NCBI GenBank assembly: GCA_022605425.2
Contig: JAKIMF020000007.1
Location: 124,001 to 188,000 of the forward strand
Direction of reading: 5' to 3'
Length of the DNA stretch: 64,000 bases
DNA from: Hamiltosporidium tvaerminnensis FI-OER-3-3
Lineage: Eukaryota > Fungi > Microsporidia
Shown: positions 21,538 to 33,084 of the stretch, piece after piece
Layout: each line of letters opens with the position of its first letter
Position numbering within the stretch: position 1 is the stretch's first letter
The notes under the pieces: model-generated
What the model was told of the DNA's origin: nothing
What the model saw: the letters and a program-made list of their open reading frames with translations, nothing else
The model's database searches: none
Program-made: the position numbers and the translations under genes

Positions 21538-22680
21538 ATGATAGTTGTCAATTTCATAGGATCTATATTTCTATTATTAGATGTTTACAAAGCTGGATCA
21601 AGAGCACATCATAAAAGAGATATAATCGATTTTTTTGGATGTGACTCTTCAAGTGTTTCTTGTGCATCGGATTCAAGCATATCGAATTCACATTTAGATT
21701 CTTCAGATATTTCAGGTATTACAGATGAAAATTCGGAAGACTGTGATTCAAAGGAACATAAAAATAGATCAGGAATAACTTCTTTTAGTAGAGCGTTGGG
21801 GAAGAAAGCGTATGGTACTTTAAAAAAGTTAATTGAGACTAAGAATTTTAAAAATAAAGGGGAAGAAGCGCGAAATATAGCATTGGCAAATTCTATTAAT
21901 TTCTATTTTGAAATGATTTCTCAGTTCTTACCAAATAATTTAGTTGATAAATATATCAATTTACTTAACAAAAAGTATTATATAGATGCATTTTTCTTAT
22001 TAAATAATTTGTATGAGAAAAACGACTTTGGTCAGAAGTTCTTTGAGGATTCCTTTTCTGTTCATAATGAAGCTAAAGTTAATGGTATATTAGACTTTAC
22101 CATAGGAAAAATTCCAAGTGTACGAACAGGGATTTCACGTATTAAAGTATCTACTGTAGCAGACATGTTTCCCAAATTTGAAGGAAGTATATCTCAACGT
22201 TCACACCGAAATCATACAAGAGATTGCAAAGTAATCATTGTTACATCAGACCTTTCAACATTTAGTTTTATGACTTCATATAAATGTTCAAAATTAGGTT
22301 CACTTACAGGTGAATTTTATGTTCCCCATTTCGTTTTATCACCAAGATTACTTGCTCAGACATCAGCAAAATGTGATTACATTGTCTTCAAATATTTCTT
22401 GAGAGCATTAAGAATATTAGCAAAAATTGATGAAAACAGTAAGATGATCACGGAAATTGACCGTTTGTTTAGGAGTCTAATGGTTTCTAAAAGTTCAGTC
22501 TCGGTATTCCATTCTAAACTATTAATCTCTAAAATGTTTTATGATATAGCCTTTACTATACCAAACAAGAATACCTTTAAACTGTATCTTTCGATATTGA
22601 AATTTGGTAGTCTTAAACATAAACTTGAATCTAAATCCCCTTTCTTGGCTGCAATAATTACCTTCTTCGACTGTTTGTAA
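21538..22680 (+). CDS. Putative secreted protein, unknown function
   Basis: 380-aa ORF with a hydrophobic N-terminus (MIVVNFIGSIFLLLDVYKA) followed by a Ser/Asp-rich tract. Confidence 0.75.
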   Translation: MIVVNFIGSIFLLLDVYKAGSRAHHKRDIIDFFGCDSSSVSCASDSSISNSHLDSSDISGITDENSEDCDSKEHKNRSGITSFSRALGKKAYGTLKKLIETKNFKNKGEEARNIALANSINFYFEMISQFLPNNLVDKYINLLNKKYYIDAFFLLNNLYEKNDFGQKFFEDSFSVHNEAKVNGILDFTIGKIPSVRTGISRIKVSTVADMFPKFEGSISQRSHRNHTRDCKVIIVTSDLSTFSFMTSYKCSKLGSLTGEFYVPHFVLSPRLLAQTSAKCDYIVFKYFLRALRILAKIDENSKMITEIDRLFRSLMVSKSSVSVFHSKLLISKMFYDIAFTIPNKNTFKLYLSILKFGSLKHKLESKSPFLAAIITFFDCL

Positions 22681-24007
22681 TAAATCTGATTCTGTATATT
22701 AATATTTATTTTTTTTTCAATTTTAATAGTTAGTCTTTTATAATTTTCTTAAATTTTTATTTTGATTTATATAATGGAATTTACTCTCATGAATGATACA
22801 TTGAAATTGTTATAGTTTCAATTTTAAAATATTCTTTGAAATTCTGGTGTAAAAGTGTTCAATGCAAATATGTTTTAATGAATAAATTTATCTTTTGAAA
22901 AGTTTACCAACATACTTCCTTACAAAATTGAATAATACAGAATATTTTTAGGAATATAAGAATAAAGAGTTGTATATTACATTTGCCATGTGTCTCGCAT
23001 ATATCAAGATTATATGATTAAAGTTATATCAGTAAAAAAATTTAAATATATTGGATTATAAGAATCATAGTTATCGTTCATTTAAATTGTAATTATTACG
23101 CAATGATTTTATTTCGAACTATAAATAATTTTTGGATAAATTTTTAGGTATTAAAACAAATTTTGGAGACTGAACACCTGAAAAAGTTAATAATAAAAAA
23201 TAAATTCTATCAACCTTATAAAATGTCTTTTTCATATATAATACAGATTTACAATTACTAATTTTGTGCAACCAACAATATATATAGAATGAATTTATAG
23301 TAAGAAAAATTGTCAAGATTAAGAATAAATTTTTTTAAATATCTTTTTCTAAAACATGTTTGTTTTCGTCTCTTTGGCAAATAAAAATATTAAATTTTTA
23401 TTTTTCTTTCCAAGATATAAATTTTTGTTGATTTAAGTTTAAAAAAATATATTGTTTATGAGTGAAATCGAAATATCTATATTCATATTATCTTAAAATT
23501 GAAGGCATTTGATTTTTATAATTGTTGTTTTTTGTTTAATCATATCTAAAAATTAAGTAAAATTTACGAAGATTTGCAGAATATTTTATATTGAAGAATA
23601 ATTTTTTTATCTGTTTAAAGATAAAAGAGGATAGGAATATGTTTTATAAACAATTTATAAACCAAATCAAATGCATTATATTTTATTATTAATAAAAACA
23701 CATTTAATGTTTACAATAAGTATATTTAATTCAGTTCCGATCAAAATATACAATATAATAAATATCTTAATTTTTAATGTAATTTTTGAGATATTTGTTT
23801 ACAAACAGATTAAATGATAGATTAAATTTTAATTAAAAAAATATTTTTTAAATTTTATTTTTATAGATTTATTATTTGTAAGGATCTAATTAATACATAT
23901 TTAATATATTTTATATTTGATAGATTAATATAATATAAAGTAAATATAAATTCAAAGCATTTAATTTATCAATTTAAAAGTATTTAAACACATGCATTCT
24001 AGCTTTT

Positions 24008-25141
24008 ATGAAAAGCTTTATTTTTTATATCGGATACCTGGTGAAGCAAGTTGCTGTCGTGAAATGCCAATATTCAAATGATTGTTCATCATATAGTAGT
24101 AACATATCTGAACCAAGGAAAGATGGCTATCTACTTGCAGGGGATAAACATGTAAATTTGAGTTATAGACATAGGGCATTTAAGAGAAATAAAAATCATT
24201 CTCCAAAAGATAAAAAAAATAAATTTGATGAGGCTAAAGATTTCTTAGAAGCCTTTTATGTCCAAAACAAATCCTCTTCATTGTTCACTATCTTCGATTT
24301 TATGTATGTTTGTGATAATAATATTCCAAACCATGTATCTGTTTGTGGAAATAAAACCGGAACAGGATATATAGAAAGAGATTTTGATTTCTTGGTCGAC
24401 ATTCTTATAAATCTTAGGAAAAATATTTTAGATGTGAAAGCGTGTAGATGGTTCCTAAGAAGGTTTTATACATATATTAATGATCTCGCTCAACACACTA
24501 AAAAAAGCCCGGCAATAAATTTTACTTCAAGCATGACTATTCAACAAATGTTCGATAAAGATCCAGTTGGTTTAATAAATGAATTAATGCAAGACAGTGA
24601 TTATAGAAAATACTTCGGGCGTTTTCTTCGAGATTTATCCTCTGCGATTAAAAAAACTCATAAACCGAAACAATGCAAACCCAAAGAGAAAAGTTCCAAA
24701 AAACAAAAGTGTGAATGTGAAAAAATTCTAAAGAATTCTAATAATAATCAAGAGTTATATTATAATGTCATAAAATCAATGATTGAAGTTTTGGAAAATA
24801 AGATAGAATCTTGTATAAAAAAGGAAAAATCTGATCTGGCAAAGATGAAATTTACATATGTTTTGTATATCCCTGGAGGAAGAGAAAATGATGGTAAAAT
24901 AACACCCGATCGTTATATAAAAGTTTTCCCTGTAAAGAAAAAAGATATTAAGGATCCTGAGGAAGATAAACCAGCAACAGGTCCAGCAACAGGTCCAGCA
25001 GAAGATGAAGATCCAGCAACAGGTCCAGCAACAGGTCCAGCAACAGGTCCAGCAGAAGATCCAGCAACAGATCCAGATCCAGATCCAGCAACAGATCCAG
25101 ATCCAGATCCAGCAACAGATCCAGATCCAGCAGATGAATAA
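24008..25141 (+). CDS. Putative secreted/surface protein with an acidic PATG/DP repeat tail
   Basis: 377-aa ORF with a signal-like N-terminus, Lys/Cys clusters and C-terminal (PATG)n and (DP)n repeats. The stop codon overlaps AATAAA. Confidence 0.8.
   Translation: MKSFIFYIGYLVKQVAVVKCQYSNDCSSYSSNISEPRKDGYLLAGDKHVNLSYRHRAFKRNKNHSPKDKKNKFDEAKDFLEAFYVQNKSSSLFTIFDFMYVCDNNIPNHVSVCGNKTGTGYIERDFDFLVDILINLRKNILDVKACRWFLRRFYTYINDLAQHTKKSPAINFTSSMTIQQMFDKDPVGLINELMQDSDYRKYFGRFLRDLSSAIKKTHKPKQCKPKEKSSKKQKCECEKILKNSNNNQELYYNVIKSMIEVLENKIESCIKKEKSDLAKMKFTYVLYIPGGRENDGKITPDRYIKVFPVKKKDIKDPEEDKPATGPATGPAEDEDPATGPATGPATGPAEDPATDPDPDPATDPDPDPATDPDPADE
24971..25135 (+). repeat. Coding minisatellite (CCAGCAACAGGT / GATCCA units)
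   Basis: 12-bp and 6-bp units are directly visible. Confidence 0.95.
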
Positions 25142-25859
25142 ATATTTTGAGCCAATAACTAATGGAAGGAGAATCTCTTTATTAGTGAAAAATTTATTGT
25201 ATTATTGCGGTGTTTTTGGTTTAATAAATTTGTACAGTAAATTTCTAACCCTATTTTTTTTACTTTAAATGTTTTTCATATACAAATTCGCAAAAATGTT
25301 TAAATTTCAATTTTTTTAATACTAGACTAATTTATGTCAGAAGTACAATTATTATTTTCAATTTGTTCCTCTTTTTAATGTAATTTTAAATTTTTTTATA
25401 CTCGAAACGTCTAATCCGCCAAGAAATATGAGTTAATGCAATCGTTAATATATAATTAAAAATTCGGATTTATACTTTAATCATACGCAAAAGATATAAA
25501 CTCAAATTTTCCTACCCAAAATCATGAATTTCGAATTTGATTGAATTCTGAAATGTTCGTTTTTTTAATTTTTATTTTTTTAACTTTGTCAACAATTACT
25601 AGTGGATTAACATAGAGGGTATACATTTTACACCATTTTACATCATTTAGTCATATTAATATACTTTTTTTGGAATTTTTAATCATATAATATTGAATAT
25701 TAAGAAGGAAAATTTTCTTTTTTTTTGATAATTAAGTAAATTAAATTATAAATATTTTTATAATTTATTTAAGATATGATTTTGAATTTTTAATAACTAA
25801 ATTCTGTTTTAACTTTGTTGATTCCAAATAAAAAAATTTCTAACAATGAAGGTCAAAGT

Positions 25860-26530
25860 AAATATTTCTTTTTCGGCACATGAATCAAATTACAGTGAAA
25901 CTACTCGAATGCATGGATTATGGGTATTTATAAAAAAGAAATTGCCCAAGAATTAAAATGGCGCAAATTTGTTTTATAAATCACTCTTAAAATCAAATAC
26001 AAAATCAAATTTAATATCAGCATGTTTTCAAATATGAAGTGTTTACAATATATTTACGGTATAAATGAAACAACTTTCTCATTCAGTCATACTATGTCAA
26101 AAAAATATAAGTTAAGGTAAGAATCATTATAAATGACTCACTTGAGTATTATATTTCTTTTAGTTAGTTATAAATTTTCCGATGATTAGTTTTTAGAAAA
26201 TAAATTAAATCAAAATTACCAGGTCTTATATATGTTTCAATCAAACTATTTTTTCCAGGATGCAACGAAATAAGTGTTATGTAAAGTAATTTCATTTCCT
26301 TAGTGTCTATTTCGGGCCTTAATGTCAATATAAGATTTTAATCGTTTTTAATGCTTCTTGGTCATCTTGATTTGCAACTATGTAATATTGTGATCTAAAA
26401 TATTTTTTAAACATTCTAGTATTAAATTGCATATATATTGTTAATTTATGAAGGCTTTAAAAATATTGAGACATCTCGCTTTACATCCAACGCTTTTTAT
26501 ACTTCATGTATATAAAATTTGTTTTGACCA
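25860..26530 (-). pseudogene. Highly decayed RT-REL LINE remnant
   Basis: Short matches tttcgggccttaatg (~26310) and cgctttacatcc (~26477) to 11770-11783 and 12141-12154, in the same order. Confidence 0.45.
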
Positions 26531-27450
26531 TTTAAATGAAGTAGAAAATTCTTTTTTTCGATTTATTGCTGTTTTACTTTATCCTCTACGTTTTTATTGT
26601 TTCTTCATTTAGTTATAAGTTTTTTTTATAGTATAAGTTTTTGATGACGAAATATTAATAAAATTTCGAATTCATTTTTTATTTTTTTTGGTTTTTCATA
26701 TATCGTTTGCTCTGTCAATTACTTGGTGCCTGTTTAAGCATTCATGTAAACAACTAAACAAATAAATTTTACAGATAATATACTGATAGATATACATAAT
26801 TACTCGGTATATACAATCATATGATAGAACATCGTATTATATAAAATATTATCTATCTAATGTTCTATTTTATGTAAAAATTTTGGAATTTTAATATATA
26901 AATTTTTAGTTTTCATTTTAAATGAAGTATTTTATACAGTTGATTTAAATTCGTAAATTTAAAATTATTTTCTTTTCTTTTTTATTTTTTTAATATTATC
27001 TAAGCTACTAAAATTATCTCTTCAAGTCTGTAAATATTTGCTGTGATGGAAATTTTTGTTTTTTTGAATATTATTGTGGTACATTTTTTTTCGAATTATA
27101 GTGGTATTCAAAAGAAATTTGAAAACCTAGTTCGTGTAAAAAAAATCATGTGAATACTTAGCAGATGATACAATTTAAAGATTTTTCATACATGTACGAT
27201 GGTAAAAGAATTCAGATTAAAAGGCTTTCTACTGCTTTTACTTCATACACTTAGTACAAATTCCAAATAATTCGAGAATAATCTTTTCAGAAATACATAT
27301 ATTTAGAAAAATTAATGCGTTCCGATTGTCATATTTAATATAATATAAGAAAAATATTGATCAAGATTTCTTATTTTCATATTTTTTGTGTTTTAAATGT
27401 CCAAAGTCATATTTTTATTTTAAAATCATGTTTCTTTTGGAAATTCAAAA

Positions 27451-28173
27451 TGAAGGAGGATAACAACATAAAAAACTTTCTGCTTGGCAATGAGTGTATG
27501 AAACTGGTCTGAAGATCATTGTTTGGATTTTTGGTATGAATAAAACAATACTACATCTTCGGTTGTTCCATGAAAGTTGTTATGAGGAGAAGAGGTCTAA
27601 GAAATGGAGAAACTTTTTCTACAAATTTATTTGTAGTTTTTTATGTAATCAGATTGCAGACCGCAGCTAAACTTGTAGGTAATTGCCATGTAAAAACATG
27701 GAAACCTAGCCTTGCTCATTTGGGTTGAAAAGCTTAGCGCTTGGGAAATATAAAAATAAAAACCATTAAAAGTTGGGAGAGCTAAGTAGCAGGTTATACC
27801 TGTTGGTATGACATTGCACTGTCGAGGTGGACTAATGTAAATCTCTGAAATATATCTTAGTTAGAAGTTTATTGGGTTCAGAAAGTGTAGAGTAAATGGG
27901 AATGCTGCATAGTCTTGGGGGAGCCCGGGGGGGCTTCGGCCTTCGATCACACTCCATGCAACAGACATTAACGAACTCCGGGAAACTACCTCGCCTATTA
28001 TTAGGCTCTACACATCCGGTAGATGAAAGGCTTTGGGACGTAGGTATCGCAGGGGTTACCGATGGAGTGTTGGGGTAGCAGTCATTTATGTTAAACCTAG
28101 AACTGCGTTAATGTCATAAAAACAAATATAAAACTTGCCACTATTTTAAAAAGATTTGATACATTTAAATAAA
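27451..28173 (+). mobile_element. ~720-nt retroposed structured non-coding element, copy A
   Basis: Roughly 90% identical by eye to 47552-48270 and GC-richer than its flanks. TSD CTTTTGGAAATT(C/T)AAAA at 27434-27450 and 28177-28193. Ends TTTAAATAAA. Extensive self-complementarity. Confidence 0.9.
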
Positions 28174-31100
28174 TTACTTTTGGAAATTTAAAAATTTTAT
28201 AGTATACTTTAAAATGAAATCTGCAATATTATTTTTTTATTTTTCCAACGCCTGAATTCGAGTGAAAAATAAAAAAGAGTCATTTGCATTCAATATTAAT
28301 CCAATTTTATTAAGCGTGTATACAAGACTTATTATGTAAATATCTGGAAATGTTTATATTTTTTAAAATCATTTTTTTCCAAACAATTGCGTTCGCTTGG
28401 ATATAAAATTTAATGAGTAAAATAAAGTAAAAAATATTTTATGAATCCACTATCTTTCATTTTTTGCTTAATTAAGAAAATTGACTTGTATATATTTTTT
28501 TACATGGAATAAACCCAAACTTTATGATCTTTATTTAAAAACATCCTTCTTTTCACTTTTTTAAGTCATATAGATTGTTTTTTGGCTTTTATTTCCGATT
28601 ATCAGATGTGTTTTGCGATTTTCTGGTTTTCGATTCGATATGGTTATAATTAAAATTTTGTTTTTTAACATTGAAATTCGAGATCTTAGATTCATATTAT
28701 AGCGTCTATGAGTAAAAATGAGTATACCGGTTGTGTTCAGATTAGGAGGTGGCGTTTTCTATTTGTTCACTCTATATTTCCCCCATGGTATGGACACAGA
28801 GGATTCAAGCCAAATATCAATAAATGAAATTACATCCATTATTGTATATTTTGGAATAAAAAAAATCTTTTGTATGTAATTTACGCCGCATGTATCGGTT
28901 TTGAGATACACAAGACCTCGGTATTTAATACCAAAAAGTAGGGCTCTATTACGGCCGATATACACCCTAGTTTATAATATCCAAAGTTTGCATTCACGTT
29001 AAAAGCTCACTCATTAAAAGTAAAATAGCTAAAACGCCTACAGTATGGAAAAGCTTTTATATATTGGAATTTTGTGTTTTCGTATGCAGAGAAAAGAAAT
29101 TTCAATAACCCGTAAATATTTCAGGTTAAAAACATACATTATACATATAAAAGCGTTATGAACTCTCATCTACCAGATATTTTCGTAATGTGACATTTTC
29201 TTTGCCTATATTTTTTAGAGAGACAAAAATATGATCATAATACGACTCTTTTTCTCGGATTTACTTTTGAATAGAAATCTTCTACAAATGATTTTTTAAT
29301 TACACCAAATCTTAACATAATCATGAATATTCCCCCAATACGCAAAAATTCAATTAAAATAAATATTTAGAATTGATAAGATTTTCAATATGTGTTTTTG
29401 CATTTACAACACATTTAAAAAACTTATTATAACTTATTACTTACTCACAAAAAAAATTAAAACCAATTCGATTGGATAAACATTTATTTTCTATTCATGA
29501 CTTTTTTCTAGCTCTAAAAAAATTATTCTTATTTAACAAGGTATCCACTCAAGAAGAAAACTTCTTTTGATAAGATTATTAATATACATATCATAAGAAT
29601 TTCATAATCACAATTATTTGTATACATGTTAACTTTCTGTAATTTATATGCTATTTATTTTTTACTCAATTCACGAAGGCATTGTGTGTTGTTCTTGATA
29701 TTTTATACATTCGTTAAAATTTTTTGCCATTTGTTTTCTTGTCAAGGAAACAATTTCGGCATTAATATCTTACACATTGATTAATTGCTTTATAAATTAA
29801 CCAATGGTCATATATAGTAACCATTCATTTACATTTTGAATAGGTTACACAGCCGAGAATCCGAAATCCAAATGCTTGTTATAAAAATCTTTAAAAATAT
29901 TATATTCAAATAATGATAAAATCTTAGTATTATTGCTTTTTAGATAAAAATCAATATTTACAATTTTTTATAAAAGCTATAGAACTAATCGTTAGTTTCT
30001 AAGAAAAATATTTTATGATTAGGCTGGCAACCTTCGAACCAAAAATAAATAAAAAATTTGTAAAATTCTGAATTTTTAGATGAAACAAGAGATTAAAAAG
30101 TCAATATTCAAAATATTTCTATACTTTAACTATATAGTTTTGTCTATCGATATAATGTAATAAACTAATAATTTATACTTATCTTTACTTTTGAATTAGA
30201 CAATGATATAATACAGAATATATTCAGAGATTAAAAATTTCAAACGTAATATTTGAGTTTAGAATACTGTGGTATAATCATAAGCGTAGAATCATAAAAC
30301 TTATACGATTTAAGTCACATTATTTATACGAGCATACTCTGTTAATTATTTTCTTAGATATATCTGGGAAACATCACCGGTTTTCCATTCTTTAACTCTA
30401 AAAAGATTTTTTTTAAAGTTTTTCGAGAAAATATTCAAGAGATTTTGTAAAACATTTCAATTTTAAATTTTGATATAAATCTAATGCAAACCTCTTCATA
30501 CATCAAAAAATTTATAACATAAAAATAATGTTTTTCTTTGGTAGAATCAAAATCTTTAATTGTATATTTTGTTCATAATAAAACAATTATTAAATATTCC
30601 TTATTATAAATCCAACCACATATATTCTTTTTATTTAATTAATTTCGATTTGTTTCTATATTTGCTATTCGAATTCATTATGTCGTCAATTTTACTTAAA
30701 AGTTTTGATAAATTAAAAATTTCAGATAAAATAGCTCTGTAAAATCAAAATAAATTATTTCAATTCTGATTTACAGTAAGTGTGACTATAGCCTTAATTT
30801 ATTTACGAATAAATTTCTCAGCACATAAGGAATACCTATAATAAAATAATTTATACTTTGGTTAAAATATAAGCTGATATATAGTATATCACTCTAATCT
30901 TTGGTTGTTTCTTTACAAATAAATACGTGTTTACTCAAATTCACTAGTTTTTGTACGCAGAAAGAACTAGACCGGTATTTCAGTGCTTAAATTTTATACG
31001 TATTGTTTCAAAACAGAATGAATTTGAATGTCCTTCTGAACATCAATCTACTACAAAGATATACGAAATGAGAATATGACATATTCGTGTGATAAGATTA

Positions 31101-31749
31101 CGAAAACCTAGAAATTCGCTATACATTAAACATCCGTGATGAATTTTTATTTAAAAAAGCCAAATTTTCGTTATTTGTGTAGTTTACAGATATTTTTTAC
31201 CGATCAGTAAATACAAATGTTATATTTTTATCCATATTGATGTTTAAATTGTATTCTTTCTTTTTTTTTGCATTTTTTTAATGAACAGAATTTACAAAAA
31301 CTTTTTTTTTTCTATTTTCTAAATATTTAAATAAATATTCTTCAATATTTTATTTAAATTTATAATTAACCGTTTTAAGAAAATTATTTTAATTTTTTTT
31401 TTGATCTGAAAAAAAAGAAGATTAGCCGTAGAAGCTATTATAAGGATCTTTAAATAAAATTTTAAATGCAATTAGCAACAATTCATATGTCAATTATACT
31501 TAGACATCATTGAGAAAGAAAGAGAGAAGAAGGCTAATTTTATATTTATGTATATTATAAGTCTAGATAGATTTCTAAATTTAAATAAATAATTAAAATA
31601 CAAAAGATAATTATACAAAATAAATATACAAAGAAATATAAGAGGAGTATATAAGATGAAAACGTTATTTAAGTAGCGGATTACACATTTCAGTAAAATA
31701 TATTTAGTAAAAATAATAAGTATTAAGATAATCTTAATAAATCAAATAT

Positions 31750-31960
31750 CATAATTGAAGAAGATAATTATAATCAATCAAAGCTTTTATTGAAGAAGAT
31801 AATTATAATCAATCAAAGCTTTTATTGAAGAAGAATATTTTAATATATCAAAGCTTTTATTGAAGAAGAATATTTTAATATATCAAATATTATAGTTGAA
31901 GAAGATAATTTTTGTATGTTAAATCAAATATTTTATTGAAGAAGATAATTTTATTGATTA
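31750..31960. repeat. Tandem repeat of ~33-bp units (atcaaa...ttattgaagaaga)
   Basis: ttgaagaaga recurs about six times at fairly regular spacing. Confidence 0.8.
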
Positions 31961-32116
31961 GAAATATATTTGTTTTTATAGTTAGAACCACTAAAATAAA
32001 TAAAACTACCAATTATATTTCATTTCGAAATATAATTTTTAATAGAAACAAGAATTACAAAAAAAAATGTAAATAAATTTTTATTTAAGAATTTTTAGAA
32101 ATATTTTACAAGAAAA

Positions 32117-32443
32117 TTACAAATGTTGATTTTTAAATAAATTCCATTCTTTTTGTTTCTTTTCTTTTCTACTTTCATCTAAAACAACAAAATCAGTTGT
32201 ATCTTCAAACAATGCAATATATTTATTATCTGAACATCCTACAATTCTACACAAAGTATTTTCTCCTTTATAATTTACTCTGAGCCATTTTCCAACTTTT
32301 TTGAAATCTAAATTATTATTTAAAATATATTTTTCGGTTTTGGTTTCTAACAGTGTTTCTATTAAAGATTTTAATTCTTTTTTATTTTCATCATTTTTTA
32401 CTAAATTTAACAAACATTTATAATAATTTGTATCAATATCCAT
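32117..32443 (-). CDS. Small Tudor-like protein, possible SPF30/SMNDC1 homologue
   Basis: 108 aa; CCC motif upstream (gccctttaaATG). N-terminal helix YYKCLLNLV...ELKSLIETLLETK, central 'KVGKWLRVNYKGENTLCRIV...YIALFED', C-terminal 'KQKEWNLF'. Confidence 0.55.
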   Translation of the reverse strand: MDIDTNYYKCLLNLVKNDENKKELKSLIETLLETKTEKYILNNNLDFKKVGKWLRVNYKGENTLCRIVGCSDNKYIALFEDTTDFVVLDESRKEKKQKEWNLFKNQHL

Positions 32444-32850
32444 TTAAAGGGCATTTTATCTTGTAATTTATAGATTTGTTTAAAAATAGAAAATTTTGGT
32501 TGGATAAATAAATTTGTTGTGGCTGTAAATGTAAATTTTATTTCTTTGAATTGTAAATATATTAAAAGTTTGTAAAATAAATTTTAAAGACACTAAATTG
32601 TAAATATTTTAAATTAAGCTTTAACGAGTATTTTCAAGAGAATTTGAAAAAGAATTTAAAAAAGAAGTTTGAAGAGAAGTTTGAAAAAAGGTTTAAAGAG
32701 AATTTGAAAATGAATTGTTTAATTTAAACAGACAAAAAACATTTTTCTTTATTGAAATAATTTCTGAAAACAAGTAATGTATTCTAAATTATCTTTAACG
32801 ATCCAGTATTTTAGCTGTTTTATATAAATAAATAATCGATATTTTTTTTG

Positions 32851-33084
32851 TTATCTTTGGCACTAAAGTCCTGTAAGAGCTTTGGGCGCCCTCATTAATA
32901 CCGCCCACCGGTTTTTTTCTAGTGGTTTTGATATCTTTTTCGGGTTTCGTAACAAGATGGTTTTAAAGAGATGGTTGTTAGCACTACGTCAGACTTCAAC
33001 CTCAGAGGACCAGTCTCTTTTAGTCGCCTCTTACGACAAACAGAGAATACTCCAAGCCAATTCTGCTCCTGGCATGGTGGAGAA
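32851..33084 (-). mobile_element. ~230-bp RTE-tailed SINE-like element, copy 4
   Basis: Family match over the full length. Confidence 0.88.

Noticed and set aside
24913-25268. Poly-Q ORF (25005-25268) and Gly/Ser ORF (24913-25155)
   Set aside because: Alternative-frame shadows of the coding minisatellite in 24008-25141.
27650-27915. Group I intron-like words in the structured element (aattgc, ccgcagc, gttcaga, gacta/tagtc)
   Set aside because: The order does not fit P-Q-R-S, the would-be P7 strand GACTA is GACCC in copy B, and there is no host exon context.
27896-28078. Short ORFs in the structured element (60 aa here, 77 aa at 47589-47822)
   Set aside because: Not shared in frame between copies (indels, start loss); a by-product of higher GC.
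27885-28110. HDV-like, twister, hammerhead or group II domain V reading of the 3' core
   Set aside because: No GG for P1.1 or canonical L3/J4-2; twister P4/T1 absent; no CUGAUGA/GAAA core; the AGCAGU/ACUGC stem is lost in copy B.
27451-28173. rRNA, RNase P/MRP or telomerase RNA identity
   Set aside because: No universal rRNA motifs, no convincing P4/CR-I/CR-V signature or telomere template; dispersed copies with TSDs indicate a mobile element.
28723-28975. Possible Tc1/mariner-type MITE (tataccggttgt ... acaccctagt)
   Set aside because: The terminal inverted repeats match poorly and there is no second copy in the window.
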